Virus record (IMG/VR): IMGVR_UViG_3300036391_000001
Span: 7,563 to 71,562 of that record
Source: a virus
Direction: 5' to 3' (one strand)
DNA length: 64,000 bases
Part shown: positions 46,699 to 55,337 of the stretch, piece after piece
How positions within the stretch are numbered: position 1 is the first letter of the stretch
How the letters are laid out: each line of letters begins with the position of its first letter
The notes under the pieces: generated by a model
Database searches by the model: none
What the model saw: the letters and a program-made list of their open reading frames with translations, nothing else
Told to the model about the DNA's origin: nothing
Translations under genes and position numbers: made by a program

Positions 46699-48028
46699 CG
46701 CAATTGTTAAGTATGGGGCGATTCAGCCCCATGTCCATGACACCTATCGCCACCGCTGGGGTTTTGATGAGGATGAGGACTTTGCAGCAGAAGATGCACG
46801 AGAAGCCTATGAGCAGTCGGTAAACTGGCGATCGCCCAATGCTGCTAAATCAGCGGCGTATCAGGCAGGGCGAGGCACAAGGGAGGCGATCGGTAGTGCA
46901 GCCGCCGCAATTCAGGCTTTGGAATACACTCCGCCACAGTGGATAGGTGATGTTGCCGCCGCTGAGCTGGAGGGCATCAAAAAAGAGTTGGCACGACAGA
47001 ACAGATTGGCTCATCGGCAGGTCTACAGTAAGCTTCTGTCGTGGAATACCTATTCGTTGGGCTTAGCGCTGCTGACTATGGGCACTGTGAATGTATACAT
47101 GGCGCTAGCAAGTCAGTTCAGCCTGCCTCTCGGTCAGTATGCCGATCGCGGCTTTGTGGGCACAACTGATGCCGTCTACACAAAGGAAATCAAAGAGGGA
47201 GATAACATCAACGGCTACACCGTGACCAGTGGCTTTGGAGAGCGAGATGCACCGGACACGAATCAAGGCAAGGGATCGAGCTTCCATGAGGGCGTTGACC
47301 TAGATACCCCAGAAGGCACGAACCTCTACATGATTGGCGAAGGCGGAACGGTTGAGTGTGAGCAGCAGCCAGAGGGGGCTGGTACCTATGCCATCATCAC
47401 CCCTAAAGGATTGCCTTACACCTTCAAGGCAATGCACCTGAGCAAATGTGAGGCGGGTGAGTACCAGACAGGCTTAGCGTTTGGGCAAACAGGCAACACG
47501 GGAAACTCATCAGGCGCTCATCTCCACTGGGGGATGTTCAAAGATGGTAAGGCGATCGCCCCCACCGAAGGCTATCTCTGGTGGGCGTTAACCGGGAACG
47601 CGCCGAAGCCGCATGGAGGCGCTTTGGCTGAGACTGGATTCGACGGCGTGGATGACTTTGCTAAGGCGATCGCCCAACAGGAAAGCGGCGGCGATATTAG
47701 CATCGTCAATTCGATCGGCGCGATGGGAAAGTATCAGTTCATGCCCGATACGCTGGACTCTATCTCTCAGTCCTGCTTTGGTCGGCAAGTCAGCCATGAT
47801 GAATTTCTAGCCAGTGAAACAATGCAAGATCAGGCGGCTAAGTGCTATTGGCAGCCTGAAATCAACAAAGTACAGCAAGCAACCTCCGACCCGGTGCAGC
47901 AGTGTCGAATGATGGCAAGCTACCACTACTCAGGCGATGCTGAAGCCTGGGACAGTAATGCTAGTCAGGTCGATGCTCCAACTATTGCGGATTACACAAA
48001 GCAGGTTTGTGGCAAGATTCAAGGTTGA
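46670..48028 (+). CDS. Peptidoglycan hydrolase: TM anchor, M23 peptidase, lysozyme/transglycosylase-like domain
   Basis: TSGFG, HEGVD (HxxxD), HLH; AIAQQESGG...GAMGKYQFMP. Confidence 0.9.
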   Translation: MTSSSAPSNSAIVKYGAIQPHVHDTYRHRWGFDEDEDFAAEDAREAYEQSVNWRSPNAAKSAAYQAGRGTREAIGSAAAAIQALEYTPPQWIGDVAAAELEGIKKELARQNRLAHRQVYSKLLSWNTYSLGLALLTMGTVNVYMALASQFSLPLGQYADRGFVGTTDAVYTKEIKEGDNINGYTVTSGFGERDAPDTNQGKGSSFHEGVDLDTPEGTNLYMIGEGGTVECEQQPEGAGTYAIITPKGLPYTFKAMHLSKCEAGEYQTGLAFGQTGNTGNSSGAHLHWGMFKDGKAIAPTEGYLWWALTGNAPKPHGGALAETGFDGVDDFAKAIAQQESGGDISIVNSIGAMGKYQFMPDTLDSISQSCFGRQVSHDEFLASETMQDQAAKCYWQPEINKVQQATSDPVQQCRMMASYHYSGDAEAWDSNASQVDAPTIADYTKQVCGKIQG

Positions 48029-48047
48029 AGGTTAAAGGAAACTTCTG

Positions 48048-48275
48048 ATGAGATATTTCACTCAAGCTGAAGCAGATGAGATCGCAGTACTTGCGGCAAA
48101 GGCACAAGGAATCGCAGATCAGATATCGGGCACACTTAGAAAGTTGAAGCAGTGTTCACCTGACAGCCAGCAGTGGAACGAGATTGATCAGAGATACCAC
48201 CTGCTAAGAGCAGAGTACTTTGAGGTTAGCGATGCCATACATGCTATTAAGGAGCGGGTGGAGTCTGAGGACTAA
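48048..48275 (+). CDS. Small helical hypothetical protein
   Basis: AAGGA RBS, 75 aa. Confidence 0.55.
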   Translation: MRYFTQAEADEIAVLAAKAQGIADQISGTLRKLKQCSPDSQQWNEIDQRYHLLRAEYFEVSDAIHAIKERVESED

Positions 48276-48337
48276 CAGTTCACAACATAACCCCCCACGA
48301 TCGAAGCGCGATCGCGAGGTTTTGTTTTGAGTCTAAA

Positions 48338-48868
48338 CTAGCTGGCAGTTTTTGTTCGCTTTGAAGCACTAGCCTTCGCCCGTGCTTCAAAGCTCGGAAA
48401 GTTAATTATATTAGCAGAATTCTTTGCTGCCTCCCAAACCTCATTCACAATATCGATTAACGGCGGAATGACAATCAGGACATACTGCCCTAAGTCTTTT
48501 TTCTTCTTGCTGGCGACTTTCAAAGCTTTTGGCATCTGTTCATGAAAGTCTGCCCAGTCTGTTCTCACCCAGAAAGCTTCTTCATCAATGACCACAATTT
48601 GCTTGTCTCTCAGGGTGTCATCAAATCCGCTCTTGTCCAAAAATTCAATGATTTTTTTGACGGTTTGAAGAGAGGCTTGCTGTCTAAGATTTTTGATGGC
48701 TCGAATCTCTAGAATTTGCTCCCAAGTGTAGAGTACCGTTGGTTTTTGAGCAGATCCTACCCGTTCTGGAATGATAAGGTTTGCTCTTTCCAGGTATTGC
48801 AGACGATTGGACGTGGTTCCTGTAAGAGCCAAAGTTTCTTGTCTAGTAAAGCCCTCAATGAGACTCAT
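48338..48868 (-). CDS. MerR-type HTH regulator
   Basis: FTRQE..ALTG.TS.RLQYLE...LI.P...LYTWEQILEIR.I. Confidence 0.8.
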   Translation of the reverse strand: MSLIEGFTRQETLALTGTTSNRLQYLERANLIIPERVGSAQKPTVLYTWEQILEIRAIKNLRQQASLQTVKKIIEFLDKSGFDDTLRDKQIVVIDEEAFWVRTDWADFHEQMPKALKVASKKKKDLGQYVLIVIPPLIDIVNEVWEAAKNSANIINFPSFEARAKASASKRTKTAS

Positions 48869-49045
48869 GGCTAATTCTGCAAAATATAAACGTTGATTGA
48901 CTCAGTAAATTTACTATTCATATATAAAGAAAATGTGAGTTTACGTATTCTTTCTAATGAAATTTAGAATACGTTCAGGTTAGTGTAAAGGCATGAGTTA
49001 GCTGATACCTAGCTCATGCTCACCTTATAACCTCTAGGAGGTCTT

Positions 49046-49174
49046 ATGTCAGGACGTAAAACAGGCGCGAAAGCAGCACAGGCTGCATCTAAGGTGCTTC
49101 GGAGCAAAACGGCTGGCAAGGCGGCTAAAACTGCTGCTGCGTCTGCCTTATCTCAACGGGCACCTAAGAAGTAG
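49046..49174 (+). CDS. 42-aa basic peptide (absent from the ORF track)
   Basis: AGGAGG RBS; MSGRKTGAKAAQAASKVLRSKTAGKAAKTAAASALSQRAPKK; terminator follows. Confidence 0.8.
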   Translation: MSGRKTGAKAAQAASKVLRSKTAGKAAKTAAASALSQRAPKK

Positions 49175-49201
49175 TTTACCCGGTTAGGGTGACTACTTAA
49201 C

Positions 49202-49241
49202 AGTTAAGCCCCTTGATCCAATGCGCTCAAGGGGCTTAACT
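49202..49241. terminator. 15-bp hairpin terminator
   Basis: AGTTAAGCCCCTTGA...TCAAGGGGCTTAACT. Confidence 0.7.
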
Positions 49242-49276
49242 ATGTCTGTAAAAGATATTGCCCTTCTGGCAGTCTA

Positions 49277-49483
49277 TTAATACTTCCTCCCAACCCGGTT
49301 ATTTATTGGGAAGATTAGCCCAAAAATCCCAGTAGCCTACTACTGCTCCGTCTGTCTAAGTCACCTGCGATCGCAAGCACATCAACTTGTGCGCCTGTAA
49401 AATCTATCTTTTCATGTGGCTTCCAGCGGCGCAGACCGCCTTTCTGTGCGGCTGTAACTCGTTAATTATCAGTACCCTGCGAT
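49277..49483 (-). repeat. Repeat B, right copy
   Basis: Reverse complement of 41467-41672 with scattered substitutions. Confidence 0.92.
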
Positions 49484-49659
49484 TGTTTGATTGTGAGAAT
49501 TGCAGCACCAAGCGCCTGCTCTATCAATCCGATAGCACGAGTTTGATAACAGTTCGTTGGAGACGCTCTGACAATTGCGCTGATCAATGATTGAGCAGCA
49601 CTCCTTATTTCAGGGTAATCGTCAAGGCGATCGGCTGGTTCGGTTGGGTTGGTGGTCAT
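49462..49659 (-). CDS. Small hypothetical protein ending SQGTDN
   Basis: Same C-terminal SQGTDN as the 41135-41488 gene. Confidence 0.6.
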   Translation of the reverse strand: MTTNPTEPADRLDDYPEIRSAAQSLISAIVRASPTNCYQTRAIGLIEQALGAAILTIKQSQGTDN

Positions 49660-49892
49660 GGGTTAGGAAACTCTCTAGCGTCGCAGCCAAACAGATCACA
49701 AAGCGTCTTGATCTGCTGAATTGAGAACGCTGGCTGCTGAGTGCCATTCTCCCAAGTGCTTATGGTTTGCCGGGTCACGCCAAGCTTTTGCCCCAGCTCA
49801 GCTTGACTTAGCTCAATCATGCGCCGCTGCATTCCCAGCCACGCACCAAACTTTGGGGGGTTCATTTGTCCAATCGTTAATTGGGTTGTCAT
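49656..49892 (-). CDS. XRE-family HTH regulator (right module)
   Basis: FGAWL...R...LSQAELGQKLGVTRQTISTWENG..P. Confidence 0.9.
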   Translation of the reverse strand: MTTQLTIGQMNPPKFGAWLGMQRRMIELSQAELGQKLGVTRQTISTWENGTQQPAFSIQQIKTLCDLFGCDAREFPNP

Positions 49893-49936
49893 GTCAATCT
49901 TATTTTACCTATTCCAGATTAATCTATCATAAATAC

Positions 49937-49974
49937 GACAGATTGACTTGACATATGACAGATTAACTTGACAT
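49937..49974. promoter_or_regulatory. Operator repeats GACAGATT(G/A)ACTTGACAT at 20-bp period
   Basis: Copies at 49937 and 49957. Confidence 0.75.
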
Positions 49975-50035
49975 CCTGATTACTAGGAAAAGCGGCTCGC
50001 CGACCAAAGTTAACCGTTTTTCCCAAGACAAAACC

Positions 50036-50237
50036 CTTTCCTACCTTAGAGGAGCTGCGAACCATCTACGCCCGCGTTGGTGGCATCATCACCCAAAACC
50101 CTCGAAACCCTTGCTTTTACCAGATGGAGATGCCTGGAAAGACGATCGTGGGCACTCGTGAAAGCCTGTGAAATTGATACTGGGATAGACGCGAGATGAT
50201 GGCACTCGTAGCAGCTGCCCGTCCGCTGCCCTTCTAG
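50036..50237 (+). pseudogene. Truncated copy of gene A with two TGG>TGA stops
   Basis: FPTLEELRTIYARVGGIITQNP...RESL*N*YWDRREMMALVAAARPLPF vs the intact 39612 gene. Confidence 0.88.
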
Positions 50238-50404
50238 ACCTCTCATGACTACCGCGATCGCTCTCTAGTAGGGCGATCGCTCTTTTCATCATTCAGTACT
50301 AGGGCTAGAGTCGATCGCCGCTGCCATGTGCCAAACATGATGTGTGGATGCAACCCGATCGTTTTATTCTCATCGTATGTAAATAATCAAAAGGACGATC
50401 GCCG
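50038..50404 (+). repeat. Repeat A, right copy
   Basis: Reverse complement of 39444-39812. Confidence 0.9.
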
Positions 50405-50466
50405 CAACCTTCCACGGAAAAGCGATCGCCCTCACTACTCAACCAGCAATTGAGATATCTACCATC

Positions 50467-51000
50467 ATGGCACTACTTTCGCCCGTCGAGATTTCTGTGA
50501 CGATCGCTACAGCGACCGTCAACCTTGCACTTCTAATAAAATGGCAGCAAGCCGAAACTAGGATTCAGCAGCTAACCGTCTGTCCTAGCTACGGATGCTT
50601 GACTAGACAAGGTGTTGATATAGAGTGGAAGCGAAGACACGATCGCCCTCCCAAGCCCAGTATTGTTTTCTTCGACATTGATGGCATGAAAGAGGCAAAC
50701 GCCAAGTGGGGTTACGCTGAGGTCGATCGCCGTATTTCGAGCGTAGTCTCTCAAATTCGCAGCAGTGAGCTAGTAACACTGGGGCGCTATTTTTCGGGTG
50801 ATGAGTTTGTCATTATTTGCTCAAAGTCCGAAGCTTATGTAACTGCGAATCGCATCTGCAAAGCCTTTGCCGACCAAAGCATGAGTGCCACGTTTGCGAT
50901 CGCCCCTTGCGTCTCCGCATCGCTTGAAGAGTGCGTCAGACCCGCCGCTGATGCAGTGCAACTGGCGAAGCTGCAAGGGCGGCGCGGGACGATTAATTAA
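50467..51000 (+). CDS. GGDEF-domain protein (SGDEF variant)
   Basis: FFDIDGMKEAN.KWGY..VD; GRYFSGDEFVI; no RxxD I-site. Confidence 0.85.
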   Translation: MALLSPVEISVTIATATVNLALLIKWQQAETRIQQLTVCPSYGCLTRQGVDIEWKRRHDRPPKPSIVFFDIDGMKEANAKWGYAEVDRRISSVVSQIRSSELVTLGRYFSGDEFVIICSKSEAYVTANRICKAFADQSMSATFAIAPCVSASLEECVRPAADAVQLAKLQGRRGTIN

Positions 51001-51051
51001 CCCGCAATTCCCCTAACAGCCCTCGAATTCCCCCGAAGCTCGATCGCCCCT

Positions 51052-52707
51052 TCAACCTGCATTCAGTTCAAGCTGTTCACCCTCCCTTTCAATGTGGCGT
51101 GCAGAAGATTTTAGGACACCTGCAACTAAGGGCAAGCCGAGTCTAGTCTTGCCCTCTAGCACCTCTTCAATGGTGACAATCTGAATGCGGGGGGTGTCTG
51201 TATTGAACGACTCAGAATGATATAGCCCACAAGCCTTTGCCTCTTTCACCATTGCCTGTGTTGGCGGCTTGAGGGTGAGGAAGACTCCCAGCTCAGCGTT
51301 CTCTCGGCTGATTGTGCCAAACAAATCTCGAATGTCTCTAGAGTCAACCTTTCCCGACTTTACTTGGAAGATGACGCGACCAAACTTTTTATCAGTGATT
51401 GGAAAGAATCCCCACCCATCAACGCCCTGGTCTGCTCCCTTCTTCTGATTGATGGCGGCGCGGTTACTGGAGTAGGTCAGCACCGCCCATTTCTCAAACT
51501 CTTTTCGTAGCCGATCGTCTTTTTTGAGTGCCAACGCCTCAGCCGATTTTATGTCCTTGGGGATGCCTGTAAGCTTAAGCGAGTCCGAACTCACTACCTG
51601 AGCACCATGAGTGTCCTCTAGACGCTTCAGAATGAGGCTGATGCTTTGGTAGGTGATGTCGATGCCAATCCACTGGCGATCGAGCTTCTGGGCGACCGCT
51701 ACAGTCGTTCCGCAGCCACAGTAGGCATCTAGTACAACATCCCCTACGTTGCTACTTGCTTGGATGATGCGCTCCAGCAAAGCTTCGGGTTTCTGAGTGG
51801 GATAGCCGAGGCGTTCTTTATCATGTGCGCTTAAAGATGGAATGTCATCCCAAACATCAGATGTAGGAACCCCAGGCATTTCATCTAGGTAGCGCTTGAG
51901 TTGGGGTCGTTTGGATTTGCTATCTGGATACCAAATCCTGCCTTGAGCATCTAGCCCTGCCATTGTTTCCTTGGAATACCGCCAGCCGTTAGATGGCGAT
52001 AGAAATCCCTTCCATTCGTACATCATGTTTGGGCGAGGACTAGGGCTAGTCATGTCAGATAGCCGATAGCAGCGACCAGCCACGTCTGTGTGACGATAAA
52101 AGTCTTTAATATATTTCTCAGAGTAAGGAGAATATTGAACATTAAAACAATGTTGATTGCTCTTGGCGTAAAGAAAGATGATGTCGCTTGTAGAACCGTA
52201 TCGGCGTTTTGCGTCATTATGACCGTTGGTTCTTTTCCAAGTAATCTCGTTCTTAAAATCTCCGCCTTGTGAGCAGAAAACAGAGTCTAGAACCAACTTC
52301 AGATAGTGGCTAGACGTGGGATCGCAGTGCAAATAGAAGCTACCAGTAGGCTTGAGAACGCGATGAATTTCAGCAATTCGTAGGGTCATGCTGATGAGGT
52401 AAGCCAGCAAGCTACTTGCGCCCAAAACGTAATGCAGACCGATGATTAGGTCGATCGTCTGCTTGGCGAAAATCCCTCGATTGTTCTCTACGATTTCTTT
52501 GTAGCCGTTGATGGCTAAATCGTCCCAGTTCCAAGTATCAACAAAGGCTTGAGCCTGAGCTGCATCTTCTTTGCCAACGTTGTTGTAGATCTGGTTGTAA
52601 TTTCTTTTGGAGTTGAAAGGTGGATCGATGTAGCACAAATCCACCACTTCATCTTTGATGTGCTTCCTAAGAACTTCGAGGCTATCACCGTAATACAAGC
52701 GATTCAT
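51052..52707 (-). CDS. N6-A/N4-C DNA methyltransferase with C-terminal Mrr-like domain
   Basis: DPPFN motif [20 protein letters not shown]; GADQGVDG...IFQVKSG. Confidence 0.9.
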   Translation of the reverse strand: MNRLYYGDSLEVLRKHIKDEVVDLCYIDPPFNSKRNYNQIYNNVGKEDAAQAQAFVDTWNWDDLAINGYKEIVENNRGIFAKQTIDLIIGLHYVLGASSLLAYLISMTLRIAEIHRVLKPTGSFYLHCDPTSSHYLKLVLDSVFCSQGGDFKNEITWKRTNGHNDAKRRYGSTSDIIFLYAKSNQHCFNVQYSPYSEKYIKDFYRHTDVAGRCYRLSDMTSPSPRPNMMYEWKGFLSPSNGWRYSKETMAGLDAQGRIWYPDSKSKRPQLKRYLDEMPGVPTSDVWDDIPSLSAHDKERLGYPTQKPEALLERIIQASSNVGDVVLDAYCGCGTTVAVAQKLDRQWIGIDITYQSISLILKRLEDTHGAQVVSSDSLKLTGIPKDIKSAEALALKKDDRLRKEFEKWAVLTYSSNRAAINQKKGADQGVDGWGFFPITDKKFGRVIFQVKSGKVDSRDIRDLFGTISRENAELGVFLTLKPPTQAMVKEAKACGLYHSESFNTDTPRIQIVTIEEVLEGKTRLGLPLVAGVLKSSARHIEREGEQLELNAG

Positions 52708-52892
52708 TTTTGAGCATCTTTAGATTAATTGGCACAAAGCTCCACGCCATTTCTCAATGGCAAAGCTGGGCTAAAGCGTGATTCTGGGTCACATCTTTTA
52801 GCCGAAGCGCAATATTGTTAGGCGTAGATTACAAAGTTCTGATTTTGACTGTTAGAGACAAATTCCCAGACCGTTAAGGATTAGACTACCGA

Positions 52893-53240
52893 CTACTCGC
52901 CGCCTGGACGTTCACTTGCAGCTCTGCCACCACACTGCGAACCATCCGAAGCGATGTCGCTGCCCACCTGACAACCGCCGCTTCCAGCACTGCCGCCGCT
53001 GCCTCCAGAAGAGCTGCCTGAGCTGCCACTTGAGCCTTCAGGGTTGGTAGAGCCGCCGAGGCGAAAGGGCAGAAAAGTGTAAGGGCTGTTGGTACTACCG
53101 CTTTTGCTATGAACAGCAGATGATAGAGCCGCATCCCAATGATCTACGGGTTCTTCAGCAGACTGAACGGAGATAGGCAGTGCTGAAATGACCAAACTGA
53201 AAAGAGTTGTGGCGATCGCCAGATGGAAAATTCTCTGCAT
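52893..53240 (-). CDS. Secreted small protein with DxASDGSxCGGRAAxxRPGG motif
   Basis: Signal peptide, Gly/Ser linker, conserved Cys motif. Confidence 0.7.
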   Translation of the reverse strand: MQRIFHLAIATTLFSLVISALPISVQSAEEPVDHWDAALSSAVHSKSGSTNSPYTFLPFRLGGSTNPEGSSGSSGSSSGGSGGSAGSGGCQVGSDIASDGSQCGGRAASERPGGE

Positions 53241-53474
53241 AACCCTGTGGTTTCTCGTGGAACGATTCCCTCAGAGTGCCCAGAAAGGAGTTGACAAATC
53301 CCTAACCTTTTGCGATCGGTTGGGGATTTGCTCTACTGCCGCAACTGCCACCACATCCACAAGCCGATCGCACTAGCATACCAAACCAGCTCTAGGAGCG
53401 CGATCGGGCTGTCCCAAGAGCCGCCGTTGGAGAGTAGGGGAATTCCCAAGAATTCAGGCATTGGAGCGCTCCTG

Positions 53475-53717
53475 TTATCTGCTAATTACCTGAAGCACAA
53501 AGACGATCGCTCCCAGTAAGAGGTAGCTGATCATCACCCCTTTTGCCACTTGGTCGGAGATTCCAAAAGTCTTTTTGTCTCTCAGATCTTTTCGCAGCCC
53601 AACTACTTCCGTGCTGAGGTCTGTCATTACCTTACGAATTTCTTGCATCTCCTTCAGCAAAGGGTAGGGCTGCTGAGCTTGGGTCGGTAGTCTTGGTGTT
53701 GGATTTGCGGGATTCAT
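53475..53717 (-). CDS. Small coiled-coil protein with C-terminal hydrophobic helix
   Basis: VMISYLLLGAIVFVL; motif GGGCACTCTG 35 nt upstream. Confidence 0.6.
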   Translation of the reverse strand: MNPANPTPRLPTQAQQPYPLLKEMQEIRKVMTDLSTEVVGLRKDLRDKKTFGISDQVAKGVMISYLLLGAIVFVLQVISR

Positions 53718-53834
53718 TGTTACTCTCGTGGAACGATTTTCCCAGAGTGCCCGGAACGCCCAAAACAAGAGCCACTCCGATCGCTTTTCTGTTCCACGAG
53801 GAGGCGATCGGGGTGGCTGCGTCTATTGTGGCAT

Positions 53835-54209
53835 TTACCTTTTGGCGTGTGAAAAGTCAGGGCTGGCATCACCCAATTCCGACACGAAGCGCTCGGCTAT
53901 GGCCTGACCAATCACCGCTACTTGCTGAAGTGGCATCAGTTGAACCTGTCTAAGGATCTTATCCACCTCACCCTCTTCAAATTCAGGCATTTTATGCCCA
54001 GTCAGATATTCAACCAATCCTTCAATGGTATATCCCGCTCTCGTAGCGATCTGAGCAAGGTTCTTGGTGTCTGGCATAGTCTCACCTTTTTCCCACAACT
54101 GCACCGCTGTTGAGGAGACACCTAGAAGCTTCGCAAATTGCCGCTGGCTCATCGAACCACGAGCCAGCTTGACCACCTTTATCAACCTCTCCCTTGTTTC
54201 TGAGTCCAT
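53835..54209 (-). CDS. XRE-family repressor (cI-like)
   Basis: MSQRQFAKLLGVSSTAVQLWEKG..P. Confidence 0.88.
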   Translation of the reverse strand: MDSETRERLIKVVKLARGSMSQRQFAKLLGVSSTAVQLWEKGETMPDTKNLAQIATRAGYTIEGLVEYLTGHKMPEFEEGEVDKILRQVQLMPLQQVAVIGQAIAERFVSELGDASPDFSHAKR

Positions 54210-54275
54210 ATATGCAAGTGAACTAGCCGCATTACAAGCTTACTTGTCAAGACTGGCACCTGCAATCGGCTCAAT

Positions 54276-54572
54276 CTATCCAGGAGGGATGGAGCCGTGG
54301 CATTCGTATTTTTCTCCCTCATTGATCTCGTGTTGCGTTTCTTTACAATCCGAACCTTGCATTAACCCATAAAACACTGCGCGTTGCTCGTAACTCAATG
54401 CATCAACGACTTTGAACAGCGTGTGACTCAAGAAATCTATCCTTCCATTGCGAAATCTGCTGAGTTGATATGGATCAACTCCCGATCGTTGCGCCAGGTC
54501 AACAGCCTTGAGCTTAAACGTTGATATGACAAAGTTTAGAGACTCTCGATGATCCATAAAACACAACTCCAC
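54276..54572 (-). CDS. HTH protein (XRE-like)
   Basis: LKAVDLAQRSGVDPYQLSRFRNG. Confidence 0.75.
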   Translation of the reverse strand: MELCFMDHRESLNFVISTFKLKAVDLAQRSGVDPYQLSRFRNGRIDFLSHTLFKVVDALSYEQRAVFYGLMQGSDCKETQHEINEGEKYECHGSIPPG

Positions 54573-54606
54573 GACCCAACAGGAACCCCCCGATCGTCTA
54601 AAACTC

Positions 54607-54934
54607 TTGCGAAAGTACGCAATGAATTTCTCGGCAAGTGAGATATACTCGATCTGAAATTGCGTACTAAGGCAAGCGCCTCATGAACCGAACAGATGAC
54701 TTCCTTTGGCTCAAACTCAATGACCTAAAGAAGTTGACCGGAATCAGCAATTACCAATGGAGTCGCTGGTTCAACGGTATGGAAATGACCGAGCGATCGA
54801 TTAATCAGATCGCTGAAGCATTCGATATACGACCATCTCAAGTCCTGGACTTGGTTAATGAGAGGCGGCGAATTACTAGCTTGCGTAATAACGCAATAGA
54901 ATTACCGCAAAAAATTGATTGCGTTTAAGCGCAA
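54607..54934. promoter_or_regulatory. Four TTGCG-N6-CGCAA palindromic operators
   Basis: 54607, 54660 (1 mismatch), 54881, 54919. Confidence 0.8.
54683..54928 (+). CDS. Cro-like HTH protein
   Basis: LKKLTGISNYQWSRWFNG; divergent from the repressor genes. Confidence 0.75.
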   Translation: MNRTDDFLWLKLNDLKKLTGISNYQWSRWFNGMEMTERSINQIAEAFDIRPSQVLDLVNERRRITSLRNNAIELPQKIDCV

Positions 54935-55037
54935 GCTATCCGATCGCAGCCCATAAAAATAAGCCGATTTCCCCTAAAAGAAATCAGCCAAAAAATCAGC
55001 CACTTAGCCTCTTCACGCCCTTGCAGCATCTCTAGCT

Positions 55038-55337
55038 ATGGCAACCACAGAGCATCTACCCTTAACCGCACAGCAACGCCAGATCCTCAGCTTCCTAGCC
55101 CAGAGTCGCTATCTCTACGATTTTCTAGATGCCAACCTGATCGGCAACTACCAGGAAGCCAACAGCATTTTGCCTCCAATCATTGCCCGTGGCTGGGCAG
55201 GTTGCTCCTTTGAAGAGGGAGCCATGCTCTATAAGCTCACAGACCTCGGAAGAGCCGCGCTGCAAAACGGGCTACAGCTCTCCGAGATGCCAACCCCCAC
55301 CCCGAATCCTTTCAGGTGGCTGGAAAATCGCCAATAA
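55038..55337 (+). CDS. Early hypothetical protein (winged-helix-like)
   Basis: Y.LTDLGRAAL wing motif. Confidence 0.5.
   Translation: MATTEHLPLTAQQRQILSFLAQSRYLYDFLDANLIGNYQEANSILPPIIARGWAGCSFEEGAMLYKLTDLGRAALQNGLQLSEMPTPTPNPFRWLENRQ

Noticed and set aside
50160-50185. UGA recoding (genetic code 4 or selenocysteine) suggested by two TGG>TGA changes
   Set aside because: Many genes in the window end normally at TGA and this copy is also 5'-truncated, so it is a pseudogene
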